64,000 nt of DNA. Source: a virus. The notes under the pieces are model-generated. The model worked only from the letters and a program-made list of their open reading frames with translations. It had not been told where the DNA came from and made no database searches. The position numbers and the translations under genes were made by a program. Where the stretch lies: positions 88,441 to 152,440 of the IMG/VR virus record IMGVR_UViG_3300035210_000189; one strand, written 5' to 3'. Below are positions 1 through 8,044 of this stretch, piece after piece; the stretch's first letter is position 1; every line of letters begins with the position of its first letter.

Positions 1-69
1 CATTTAGGGTTGGCTATTGTCCTCACCCCTTTTTTTGGATACCTACGTTAAAAAAATTAAAAAAAGGTC

Positions 70-98
70 TTGAATACGGTTGAAAGGTTTGCTAGAAT
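70..98 (+). promoter_or_regulatory. sigma70-type promoter for the tRNA-like RNA cluster
   Basis: TTGAAT (70-75), 17 bp, TAGAAT (93-98). Similar promoters at 277-305, 480-508 and 773-801. Confidence 0.7.
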
Positions 99-146
99 GG
101 CTACATTGAATGAGACGACAGCTTCAATGTCACTCAGAATTGTAAC

Positions 147-268
147 GCGGGTGTGTGAGTGTAATAGGAGAGTTGGCCTTCCGTCCTTGAATAAAGGTTG
201 CTCTACCGTTAAGGCGTGCGTGCCTTGCAACATCGGTAACGTAGGTTCAAATCCTGCCATCTGCACCA
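147..268 (+). ncRNA. tRNA-like RNA with G3.U70/A73 acceptor, canonical T-arm and enlarged body
   Basis: Acceptor GCGGGTG/CATCTGC-A-CCA; T-arm GTAGG-TTCAAAT-CCTGC; no D-stem; two long hairpins (169-204, 204-238); 122 nt. Confidence 0.7.
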
Positions 269-311
269 AATTGTTGTTGTGTTGAAACTTGTTTTATGCT
301 ACAATGATTTA

Positions 312-397
312 AGTTGAGAATTAACCGAAATGCTGGATCATTTCTGTTAAAAGTAGGTGATTCAGGTAGACCTAGCTTCTTCTCTTACTCTGAACCA
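312..397 (+). ncRNA. structured three-way-junction RNA ending in CCA
   Basis: GAGAA/TTCTC closing stem; hairpins TTAAC-GAAATG/CATTTC-GTTAA and TAGGT/ACCTA; follows promoter 277-305. Confidence 0.4.
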
Positions 398-399
398 AT

Positions 400-473
400 C
401 GGTGAAACGCTCAAATGGTGAGCAAATGGTGTTGTAACCATACTCGTGGGTTCAAGTCCTACTTCACCGGCCA
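400..473 (+). tRNA. tRNA with irregular anticodon loop (Thr-UGU- or Tyr-GUA-like; identity uncertain)
   Basis: CGGTGAA/TTCACCG-G-CCA; D-arm GCTC/GAGC; T-arm GTGGG-TTCAAGT-CCTAC; stem ATGG(T)/(A)CCAT closes a 6- or 8-nt loop TGTTGTAA. Confidence 0.7.
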
Positions 474-517
474 AATTACTTGATTGTTGTGATGACTTGT
501 GGTATAATCATCCCATC

Positions 518-681
518 AAACGAATTCGGAGCCTTCGCCATAGAGGGTTGGACAGCAGCGGTGTCGCGGGCAAGCTGTCACGAAAGGTGAGAATCAACTC
601 CCTTTCATAGTAATGAAGTGCATCAGAGATGAGTTTTTCTCTTGATTAAAACGCTTGGGTGAAGCGGCCTTTGTTACGAAC
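518..681 (+). ncRNA. novel structured ncRNA, copy 1
   Basis: Follows promoter 480-508; four stem-loop domains; paralogous to 813-980 with compensatory changes. Confidence 0.7.
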
Positions 682-692
682 TTGATTGTCAA

Positions 693-762
693 TTAGCGAA
701 GGAATTATAGTCCTAGTGGCTATGATTAAAACGGTTAGGTGGACTGGCCTTCGTTAAGACCA
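693..762 (+). ncRNA. stand-alone copy of the GATTAAAAC three-way-junction domain
   Basis: TTAGCGAAGG/CCTTCGTTAA stem; inner ATTATAG/CTATGAT stem; TAAAA-CGGTT-AGGTG-GACTG. Confidence 0.65.
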
Positions 763-812
763 AATTAAAAGGTTGTTATTTACAGGTGGTTGATGTATAA
801 TAGCGGTCAGTT

Positions 813-980
813 AAACGAATACGGAGAACCACTTAAATGGTTCTGAATGGTAGCGGTGGTCGGGCGAGCCATTGTAAGAAGGAGAGGTGATTTCTTAGTC
901 CCTCTCTTAGCAACAAGGGCATTGTGGGTGCTGTTTTCCTCGATTAAAACGGTTGGGCGAACCGGCTCTTGTTGCAAACC
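813..980 (+). ncRNA. novel structured ncRNA, copy 2
   Basis: Follows promoter 773-801; same domain order as 518-681; terminator follows. Confidence 0.7.
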
Positions 981-991
981 CTATTCCAAAG

Positions 992-1016
992 AGTTGTCGA
1001 TGACAGCTTTTTTTCT
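992..1016 (+). terminator. intrinsic terminator
   Basis: AGTTGTC-GAT-GACAGCT followed by a T tract. Confidence 0.7.
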
Positions 1017-1039
1017 TTTTAACAGTGATGGAGATTGTC

Positions 1040-1252
1040 ATGATTGAGAATAACGAATTTGCAACTGAGTATGCTGGTCAGCTTGTTTCTTACCTGACGG
1101 CTGAGCAACGACAAGCTGTCTTTGCTCATATTGAAACGTTGTTTGATAAAGATGCCATTGCTTGTATGAAGGCTGATGCTCAGCAGATTGTTGAAATGCG
1201 TGCGGATATGGATCGTCGTCTTGCTGCAATGGACGCAAAAACAGCAGTATAA
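1040..1252 (+). CDS. hypothetical protein
   Basis: GGAG SD before ATG 1040; 70 aa. Confidence 0.65.
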   Translation: MIENNEFATEYAGQLVSYLTAEQRQAVFAHIETLFDKDAIACMKADAQQIVEMRADMDRRLAAMDAKTAV

Positions 1253-1267
1253 GCTACACCTTTTTAT

Positions 1268-1342
1268 TGCCGAATAATCATAGGGGAAGCAGGTAACTGT
1301 GTAATCTATGATGTCGTAGGCTAGTCCCTACTTCGGCGGCCA
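1268..1342 (+). ncRNA. D-armless tRNA-like RNA ending in CCA
   Basis: TGCCGAA/TTCGGCG-G-CCA; T-like arm GTAGG/CCTAC; one long hairpin ATCATAGG...TCTATGAT. Confidence 0.6.
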
Positions 1343-1345
1343 GAT

Positions 1346-1458
1346 TTGCTGTAGGCTCTTGTAGCCTGTCCGACCGGGTTGTGACCGGGCAGAACCAGAC
1401 GGTTCCCACCTTTGGGTGGAGTCGATAAGGCATAGGTAATCGGTTCCTATTACAGTGA
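1346..1458 (+). ncRNA. multibranched structured RNA with cloverleaf-like topology
   Basis: TTGCTGTA/TACAGTGA outer stem; GGCT/AGCC; CGAC...GTCG with sub-hairpins; ATAGG/CCTAT; GC-rich relative to the surroundings. Confidence 0.5.
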
Positions 1459-1601
1459 TGAATTTTAGAAAGAAGAAGTTAAAAAGACGAAGATAAAAAG
1501 ATGAAGATGTAATTGCAAGCGGCTTGAACCGTGCGAAGAAAGAGGAAAGGCTTACGTTCCTACTTGCAACTTTTAATTAAACTTAAAGAGAGATATAGAT
1601 T

Positions 1602-1637
1602 ATGCCTACATACGAGAGAATCTGGACACGATTATAA
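1602..1637 (+). CDS. short leader ORF MPTYERIWTRL
   Basis: AAAGAGAG upstream; stops 25 nt before ATG 1663. Confidence 0.35.
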   Translation: MPTYERIWTRL

Positions 1638-1662
1638 AATGTTAACCCTAGGAGGGTCAATT

Positions 1663-1833
1663 ATGTCCAGAAGTGTAAAAGGTAGTAAAGGTTGTGGTTA
1701 TGAGTATTGGTCGAAACGTCCAATGTGCTATTCTTCTCCCGGTCGTTGGGCCAAGCAGAAATGCCATCGGATTGAAAGACAGCAAGACAAAGATTTGATT
1801 AGAGCTGAACTTAAAGATTGTCACGATCTTTAA
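1663..1833 (+). CDS. small basic hypothetical protein (MSRSVKGSKG...)
   Basis: Strong AGGAGG SD; 56 aa. Confidence 0.75.
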   Translation: MSRSVKGSKGCGYEYWSKRPMCYSSPGRWAKQKCHRIERQQDKDLIRAELKDCHDL

Positions 1834-1835
1834 TC

Positions 1836-1988
1836 GTTCACACAGAGCAAGACCTGCATTAAGCTAAGACTGGCAGCTTGATACGGGAATTATACCGGCC
1901 CAGCGGTTTAGCAGAGCGATAGGAGCAATCCTTGACCGTAGAAGCAGTGATAATCGGTGACTTGGTGGTGGAAATAGCAACCACATAG
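1836..1988 (+). ncRNA. structured 3' trailer RNA
   Basis: ATTAAGCT/AGCTTGAT, ACCG/CGGT, AGGA-GCAA-TCCT and GTGGT/ACCAC hairpins before the terminator. Confidence 0.45.
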
Positions 1989-1991
1989 TAC

Positions 1992-2021
1992 AAAAAAAAG
2001 ACTTCTTCGGAAGTCTTTTTT
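1992..2021. terminator. bidirectional intrinsic terminator
   Basis: A-tract, GACTTC-TTCG-GAAGTC, T-tract between convergent units. Confidence 0.85.
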
Positions 2022-2027
2022 GTTTGT

Positions 2028-2660
2028 TTACATTTTAAATTTTCTTTTGTTTTCACTTTTTGGCTTTGGTGTTTCTCTGTTGGCTAACAAATTAATCCAC
2101 TGCGTGTCTTCACGGCCTTGTTTGTCAGCACCATGATACAATTTCACATCACCAAACAATTTCGAATCTTCAAGTATTTTTGATAATTCTGGTATGGTGT
2201 AGTAGCTGAAAAACCTTCCTTTTGGATCGCTAGATTCACCTTCACCACTTTTGAAGCTTGCATAGATCTTTCCGCCTTCTTTCATGCTGTCAGCAATTTT
2301 CAATAAAGTGGTTTTCAATTCTTCTTTGTTCAAGTGCAACAATGACGCCATACACCACACACCATCAAACTCACATTTCCAGTTTATTTCTGAGAAGTCT
2401 TTGTGTTCAACTTGTACACCAGAATTGCTTTTTGCTATTTCAACTAGTTCTTTGGAAGCATCCATGCCTTGCACATTGAAGCCAAGATTTTTGAAAGCGA
2501 TTAAATCACGTCCTGAACCACAGCCAGCGTCTAAGATCTTTGCCCCAGCAGGCATGTTCTTGGTAAATTCCTTGTGGAGATCGGATATGTCCAAGTTGAT
2601 AGTGCTTTGAGCATATTCATCAGCATTCTTATTGTAGTAATCTATTGTCTCTTTATTCAT
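2028..2660 (-). CDS. class I SAM-dependent methyltransferase
   Basis: ILDAGCGSGRD motif I; FDGVWCMASLLH; basic C-terminal tail. Confidence 0.9.
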   Translation of the reverse strand: MNKETIDYYNKNADEYAQSTINLDISDLHKEFTKNMPAGAKILDAGCGSGRDLIAFKNLGFNVQGMDASKELVEIAKSNSGVQVEHKDFSEINWKCEFDGVWCMASLLHLNKEELKTTLLKIADSMKEGGKIYASFKSGEGESSDPKGRFFSYYTIPELSKILEDSKLFGDVKLYHGADKQGREDTQWINLLANRETPKPKSENKRKFKM

Positions 2661-2766
2661 AATTATCTTTATTGTTGATTATTTACATTGTACCACATTT
2701 TTTTGTTGTTTAAAGGTTTGGAAAGTGCTATAATCTACGCATACAAACACACAAAGGTGCTTTACC

Positions 2767-3033
2767 ATGATCAGTGAACGAGTTTCGGTTGATAACTATG
2801 TAGTTCGTTTCTACACCAAAGTAGAAGATGCCCGTGATGCTGCAAAATACGAACACATGCAAGTATGCCAGTATGGTCATGATAACCGTTTTGTTATCAC
2901 TCCTGACAAAGATGCTGAACATCCAGAATTGATTGATACCACGGGCGTCATTTTCAGCCAGCGTTCGCAAGAAAATGATGGTCAGGTAAAGCTTTGGATG
3001 ACTGAGTTTGTTGCTGAACTCACCGTTGTCTAA
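2767..3033 (+). CDS. hypothetical protein
   Basis: Promoter and SD; 88 aa. Confidence 0.7.
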   Translation: MISERVSVDNYVVRFYTKVEDARDAAKYEHMQVCQYGHDNRFVITPDKDAEHPELIDTTGVIFSQRSQENDGQVKLWMTEFVAELTVV

Positions 3034-3191
3034 GTAGGAACTGCTGGGGAGCAGGTAAGACCATTAGGAGCCGTTGTAAAAACCTCGCACATGTGAATGT
3101 CCGGGGTTTTTTGTTGTCTATAAATAAGTAATGACATTTAAAAACACCTTTGGTATACTGCACCCATACTAATTAATTCGGAGTAACGACA

Positions 3192-3413
3192 ATGACCAGT
3201 AAACTTAACAAAAAAATTGATGAAGAAATGGCAACCTTTATGGCTAAGATGGAAGCTGGATTTACACCTGACGCTGCTTTTAAAGCTGTTCTTCGACGTA
3301 TCCTTAAAGAACAAGACCGCGATACTCGCCATGCGTGTGCAGAGGCTGTTATGCAGACTTATAGCACGGGTGAAGCTCATGATGCTTGTATAAATTGCAA
3401 TACGTTTGATTGA
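3192..3413 (+). CDS. hypothetical protein (Cys-rich C-terminus)
   Basis: GGAG SD; terminator at 3443-3469. Confidence 0.7.
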   Translation: MTSKLNKKIDEEMATFMAKMEAGFTPDAAFKAVLRRILKEQDRDTRHACAEAVMQTYSTGEAHDACINCNTFD

Positions 3414-3530
3414 TATAAGCACACAAGATAATGTCTATATTAAAAGAGCCGACGAAAGGCTCTTTTTTTCGTTTAGCCCTTTTATTTGTTAGTATTTGAT
3501 ATATAATAGTTGCAAACTAAGGAGTGTATT

Positions 3531-4214
3531 ATGTTTAAATTAATGGCGGTTCTTTTCTCGGGATTATTCCTTACTGGTTGTGCCGTTCATGACATCGGTA
3601 AAACATTGGACAGAAAGAAAGATAATTATTCCATTCTTGAAACTGTTCATGAGCCACAAAACAATTTGAACTATGTCCGGTTTGAAAGTCGTAAAACAGA
3701 TGGAGCAGACACTTACTTTACTGTTTCCAGTGGTGTTCAATGGAACGATGACTATGTGGTCGCTTTAAAAACCACTGAAAGTGAGAATGATAAGTTTGCC
3801 TGTCTTGATGCATGTGGGGTTGTCTTTATCAAGAAACATAAAACAGCACCCGTGCCTGAATGGCGTCACCGTGTCAGTAACGAGCCTGTTATTTTGTTAG
3901 GGGCTTCTGATGAAGTTGACGAAACGTTTGTTTTTAAATCAATGGACATTGATGTTTCTGCTATCAGTGCTGACATTACACCTTATCCAGTTTATGCAGT
4001 TCCTACAACGATTGTTGAGAATAATGCAGAAGGTGGCCCTGTTTATGGGAATGACGGTAAAGTGATTGGTATCATTTCTGGCTTCGTCAACACAGTGGAT
4101 GATACAGGTGAACGATTAACCTATCTGGATGGTTTTGATTCTGGTTATTTTGCTTTGTATATTCCATACAGTGAATTGATTAGAGCATGGGATTTAGTCA
4201 AACCTGTTAAATGA
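3531..4214 (+). CDS. lipoprotein with trypsin-like fold, probably inactive
   Basis: Lipobox LTGC; GVQWN; AEGGPVY replaces GxSGGP. Confidence 0.7.
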   Translation: MFKLMAVLFSGLFLTGCAVHDIGKTLDRKKDNYSILETVHEPQNNLNYVRFESRKTDGADTYFTVSSGVQWNDDYVVALKTTESENDKFACLDACGVVFIKKHKTAPVPEWRHRVSNEPVILLGASDEVDETFVFKSMDIDVSAISADITPYPVYAVPTTIVENNAEGGPVYGNDGKVIGIISGFVNTVDDTGERLTYLDGFDSGYFALYIPYSELIRAWDLVKPVK

Positions 4215-4335
4215 TTAGTGGATATTTAGAAAAGGACTGCAGAGTCCTTTTTTATTGCTTAAATTTTGGTTTTTATTTACTTATAGCGTGCTTTATGTTA
4301 TGATAAGCCATCTAAATCAATAGGTAATCGAGCAA

Positions 4336-4920
4336 ATGAACCCAATTCCATCCGATATCTACAAATCCATGATTCTTAGCAATCCTTCCATTCATAAGTG
4401 GCGTATGGATTGTTTGTTTACTATTTTCTTTGATGCGAAATCACACTTTTCGTTTTCGACAGATGGTCATATCGTGCCCGCTTTTGATTTAAAACCGAAT
4501 CAATCAATGAACCACGATCCTAAGCCTTATGCGAAAACCTTGAAAGGATCTAAGCTTTCTAAAAAAGAGATTGCATTTCGTAAAGAATATGAACAAAAAC
4601 TTTATCTTTTTATTGAAGCCAACATTGATGAGATTTCCAAATCTCCGGCTCATTTCAATGAACGTCATCGAAGCTATGATAACAACTATCCAGCAAGCGT
4701 TATTACAAAAGAATCACTGTTTTTCAATTTGCCTAAAAAGGTTGCTCCGGTTTGGATTGAAGAACTAAAATTCATTGCCCAAAATGGATCTTCGGCTTTG
4801 TGGAGAGAGTTTTGTGGTGAATATGGTTCGACTGATGATAACACGATTTGGAAAAGTCAAGAAGCTCATGAGCTGCACCGGAAAATTTGGTCAATTGTTA
4901 AACAACTTGAGAAGGCATAA
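4336..4920 (+). CDS. hypothetical protein (paralog of 4926-5564)
   Basis: Shared MI.xxSI...R......FF N-terminus and D...IW C-terminal block. Confidence 0.7.
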   Translation: MNPIPSDIYKSMILSNPSIHKWRMDCLFTIFFDAKSHFSFSTDGHIVPAFDLKPNQSMNHDPKPYAKTLKGSKLSKKEIAFRKEYEQKLYLFIEANIDEISKSPAHFNERHRSYDNNYPASVITKESLFFNLPKKVAPVWIEELKFIAQNGSSALWREFCGEYGSTDDNTIWKSQEAHELHRKIWSIVKQLEKA

Positions 4921-4925
4921 TTAAT

Positions 4926-5564
4926 ATGACAACTGTACATGATTGTGTTAAAGATGCTATGATTAACTATAATTCAATTTTTGCCACTCGTTGGCATGTG
5001 CTTAAGCATGTATTCTTTTGCAAGGGGACAGGCTATCAATGGTCTGGCGACAGTATTTATTGCACAGCTCAAAGCTCTGATCGACGTTGGAAGGTAAGTC
5101 GCAAAGCACCACTTTCTGTTCGTGATTTCATGGTTTTTTTTGATGAACAAGAAAGTAAACGGAAAAATAATACAAATTATCCATTTCAAAAAGATGATGC
5201 TGTGGTTGCTTTGAATCGTAAATTTCTGGCGTTCCATGCTAGTTTCTTGGTTGAACATATAGATGAATTGGTTGATAGCCAGATTGCTATTACTGATGAT
5301 GATTTGCCTAAAAAAATTCACATTGATGGTGGCAATAGTTTGTTTTGGCATCCACCAGAACAAATGGCAAAAGATTGGCGAGACGCTTTGGTCGAGGTCG
5401 GTACCATTATGTTGGAACTTATCAAAAATCATTATGCTAATGGTGATGACAGTGATACGGCTATTTGGTCTTGCAACGTGACCAAGAAAACTTACTTTCA
5501 AATGAAAGAACACGTTGAGTTGGTCAAAACAAAACAATATAAAGCCAAAAAGAAAAAAGCTTAA
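4926..5564 (+). CDS. hypothetical protein (paralog of 4336-4920)
   Basis: Starts 5 nt after the paralog; terminator follows. Confidence 0.7.
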   Translation: MTTVHDCVKDAMINYNSIFATRWHVLKHVFFCKGTGYQWSGDSIYCTAQSSDRRWKVSRKAPLSVRDFMVFFDEQESKRKNNTNYPFQKDDAVVALNRKFLAFHASFLVEHIDELVDSQIAITDDDLPKKIHIDGGNSLFWHPPEQMAKDWRDALVEVGTIMLELIKNHYANGDDSDTAIWSCNVTKKTYFQMKEHVELVKTKQYKAKKKKA

Positions 5565-5661
5565 TCATTAACTATTAAAGGACTGAATAGTCCTTTTTTG
5601 TTGCTTATCTTTTAGTTTTTTGATATAATAACGACCTCATAAACCAACATAGAGAGTAATC

Positions 5662-6387
5662 ATGTTCAGACATATCGTTATTGCTACGATTACCAGCTTG
5701 ATTGTTGGTTGTTCGTTTAATCCCTTCAATTCAGAAGCTGAACGAGCAAAACAGCCCATTGATGGACTTAAAAACTATAATGTTGTGCAAGACGCCAGTG
5801 TTAATATGGGCGGTAGAGAACTGAGCTTTATCACTTTTGAGAAAACTGTTGAAGTTGTGGTTAATCAAAATGGAAAGATGATTAAAGACTCTCAATCACA
5901 ATATGCCAGTGGTGTTCAATGGAATGAAGATTATGTGGTGACGACCAAAAATGTCGATTTTGCAGACGGGTCTGTTCAGCCATGTATCAAAGATTGTGAG
6001 ATTCAATTTATCAAACGAAAAGCAACCGCTCCGGTTCCTGATTGGCGTTCTCATGTTGTTAATGAGCGAATCACCTTTGTAGGGATTGAAAGTGAAGCTC
6101 GTTTTCGTGCTGAATTTGGCATGGATTTGAACGTTAAAACCTATACTGAAACCAATACCGGCACGTTGCTCAATGTAGCCGATAATCAAATTGTTAACGG
6201 CATGTCAGGTGGTCCAGCTTATGGTCTGGATGGTAAAGTCGTTGGTATTTTGACGGGTTCGACTGAAACGATAAATCTTCGTAATTCAACCAATCGTAAT
6301 TTGAGTGGACGTGGTGAACACTTGTCAGTCTATCTTTCTTATGAAGATGTTCAGAAAGAATGGGAAAAATTTCAACAATCACATTAA
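5662..6387 (+). CDS. lipoprotein with trypsin-like fold
   Basis: Lipobox IVGC; GMSGGPAYGLDGKVVGI; paralog of 3531-4214. Confidence 0.75.
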   Translation: MFRHIVIATITSLIVGCSFNPFNSEAERAKQPIDGLKNYNVVQDASVNMGGRELSFITFEKTVEVVVNQNGKMIKDSQSQYASGVQWNEDYVVTTKNVDFADGSVQPCIKDCEIQFIKRKATAPVPDWRSHVVNERITFVGIESEARFRAEFGMDLNVKTYTETNTGTLLNVADNQIVNGMSGGPAYGLDGKVVGILTGSTETINLRNSTNRNLSGRGEHLSVYLSYEDVQKEWEKFQQSH

Positions 6388-6411
6388 TTATTTTAATATT
6401 AGGAGAATACA

Positions 6412-6621
6412 ATGGAAGCTAAACTTAAAGAATATCAAGCGATGACTGAACGTTTTCGTGTGTTGGAAACCGAAATCCTGACATCCATTCAAGCCGTGGG
6501 AAAAGCCAAAGGCTTTAATTGGTCGATTCACTCTATTTCTAATTTGTTTGTTGGTGCTGACTACGTTTCTTTTAAAGTCAATGGTCTGCCCAAACGTCTT
6601 GAAATGCATGAGGTTGTTTAA
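6412..6621 (+). CDS. hypothetical protein
   Basis: AGGAG SD. Confidence 0.65.
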   Translation: MEAKLKEYQAMTERFRVLETEILTSIQAVGKAKGFNWSIHSISNLFVGADYVSFKVNGLPKRLEMHEVV

Positions 6622-6651
6622 TATCCATCATTTTAATTAAAGGTTTTCTCC

Positions 6652-7434
6652 ATGAAAAATATTATCAAAAACCATTTAAAAAAATTATTTGAAGAGACTT
6701 TTAAACTTCCAGTTCATAAGATCCTTTTCTCTAAAAATAAGTATAATTCTCAAATTTTTGCCGGTAATGTTTATTATGGCGACAATAAAAAATTAAAATA
6801 TAAATTTACGACAACTCCTATCAATGAAGACTCATTTACAACTAAGTTAGTTATTCCAACTGATGATGATTTGTATCAATCTGATTATTTTTCTGGTTTG
6901 ATTGAAAATCATGTCATTTATCAAAAAGTCAGAAGTTGTTATAATTTAAACCATAAGTACAAACAGTTTCGCCTTGATGAATATGAATCTCCTATTGTCA
7001 TCAAGCAGACTGTCAAAAACAACAAAGTCGAAGTTACTCATGATTTTCAATTACATATTTTCTCTGTGAATGGTTTGAATTCAAAGTCTGTTTTAGAAGG
7101 TCAGTTGGACACTAATATTTTTCTTGAATGGACAGATAATAACCTCATTAATGTTCGTGATCCTTATTTGAAACAAAATATTCATTATCCTAACAAGCGA
7201 CGTATCATTGCTTTTCAGGGGCATGGTGATCAAAATATGGAGCAAAATGAAGATACTTACAATTTTATTTTAGATATTATCCATCAAAACTTTATTCACT
7301 TTATCGCTTATCATCAACGTGGCACTGTACCTATTGATGAAATGACAATTGAAGAAGTTTACAAGACAAATCATACGGAATTAAATTATAGATTCATTTC
7401 TGAAAATCTTGTTCGGGATATGGTTTTGATTTAA
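6652..7434 (+). CDS. hypothetical protein with MxxI C-terminal signature
   Basis: 260 aa; ends LVRDMVLI. Confidence 0.7.
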   Translation: MKNIIKNHLKKLFEETFKLPVHKILFSKNKYNSQIFAGNVYYGDNKKLKYKFTTTPINEDSFTTKLVIPTDDDLYQSDYFSGLIENHVIYQKVRSCYNLNHKYKQFRLDEYESPIVIKQTVKNNKVEVTHDFQLHIFSVNGLNSKSVLEGQLDTNIFLEWTDNNLINVRDPYLKQNIHYPNKRRIIAFQGHGDQNMEQNEDTYNFILDIIHQNFIHFIAYHQRGTVPIDEMTIEEVYKTNHTELNYRFISENLVRDMVLI

Positions 7435-7507
7435 TACTGTATTTCGTTGCTTAAATCCAAAAAATACGGTATAATCAGGCTATTAAATTAACTAAGGTCA
7501 TCATATC

Positions 7508-8044
7508 ATGAAAACTAGTCTTCGCCTTCTTCTCTCTGTTTTGGCTATTACATCGACAATGGCTTTTGCAGATACTCCTGTTGAAAAAGGGTTAAGCCTT
7601 GAAAAGTTTAGCTATCAGGGCATTGGTTTTAAAGACAGCAAGACTGACCTCGTTGCTAAACGTTTTGAATGCAATGCAATGTCGTGCAAACGTAAAGAAA
7701 AAGATACCAACATTGATGTTGTGTTTACGGATGATAGAATTCAAATTATTGATGCAAGAACTCGCTATAACAATCACATTGATTGCTCAGTTAATCAGCG
7801 TGAAATTAAAAAGTTTTTGACGGACACCTATAATTTTGAATATCTGAATCAAGACAGCACATTCTTGGGAATGCACATGAGCAGTAATGATGTAGGTGGT
7901 AACATCCCTACCACTAATGGATCAATTTTTGTTAACGTTTCTTGCATGAACGACCCTAAAATCAACATGGGTTATGTGAATACTCGGTTTAATCTCAAAG
8001 ACATTTCAGCTCAGAGCTTCAAGGATTCTTTCAAATATGAATAA
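7508..8044 (+). CDS. secreted hypothetical protein
   Basis: Sec signal peptide ending AFA. Confidence 0.75.
   Translation: MKTSLRLLLSVLAITSTMAFADTPVEKGLSLEKFSYQGIGFKDSKTDLVAKRFECNAMSCKRKEKDTNIDVVFTDDRIQIIDARTRYNNHIDCSVNQREIKKFLTDTYNFEYLNQDSTFLGMHMSSNDVGGNIPTTNGSIFVNVSCMNDPKINMGYVNTRFNLKDISAQSFKDSFKYE

Noticed and set aside
147-268. Canonical tRNA-Ala(UGC) using CTTGCAA at 224-230
   Set aside because: No 5-bp anticodon stem flanks it; those bases pair better within the 204-238 hairpin.
57-1047. ORFs 57-269, 70-285 and 847-1047
   Set aside because: They overlap structured RNA genes and lack convincing SDs; treated as shadow ORFs.
1836-1988. Cobalamin riboswitch
   Set aside because: AAGACCTGC and GGGAA occur in the wrong order, and the element lies 3' of a gene.
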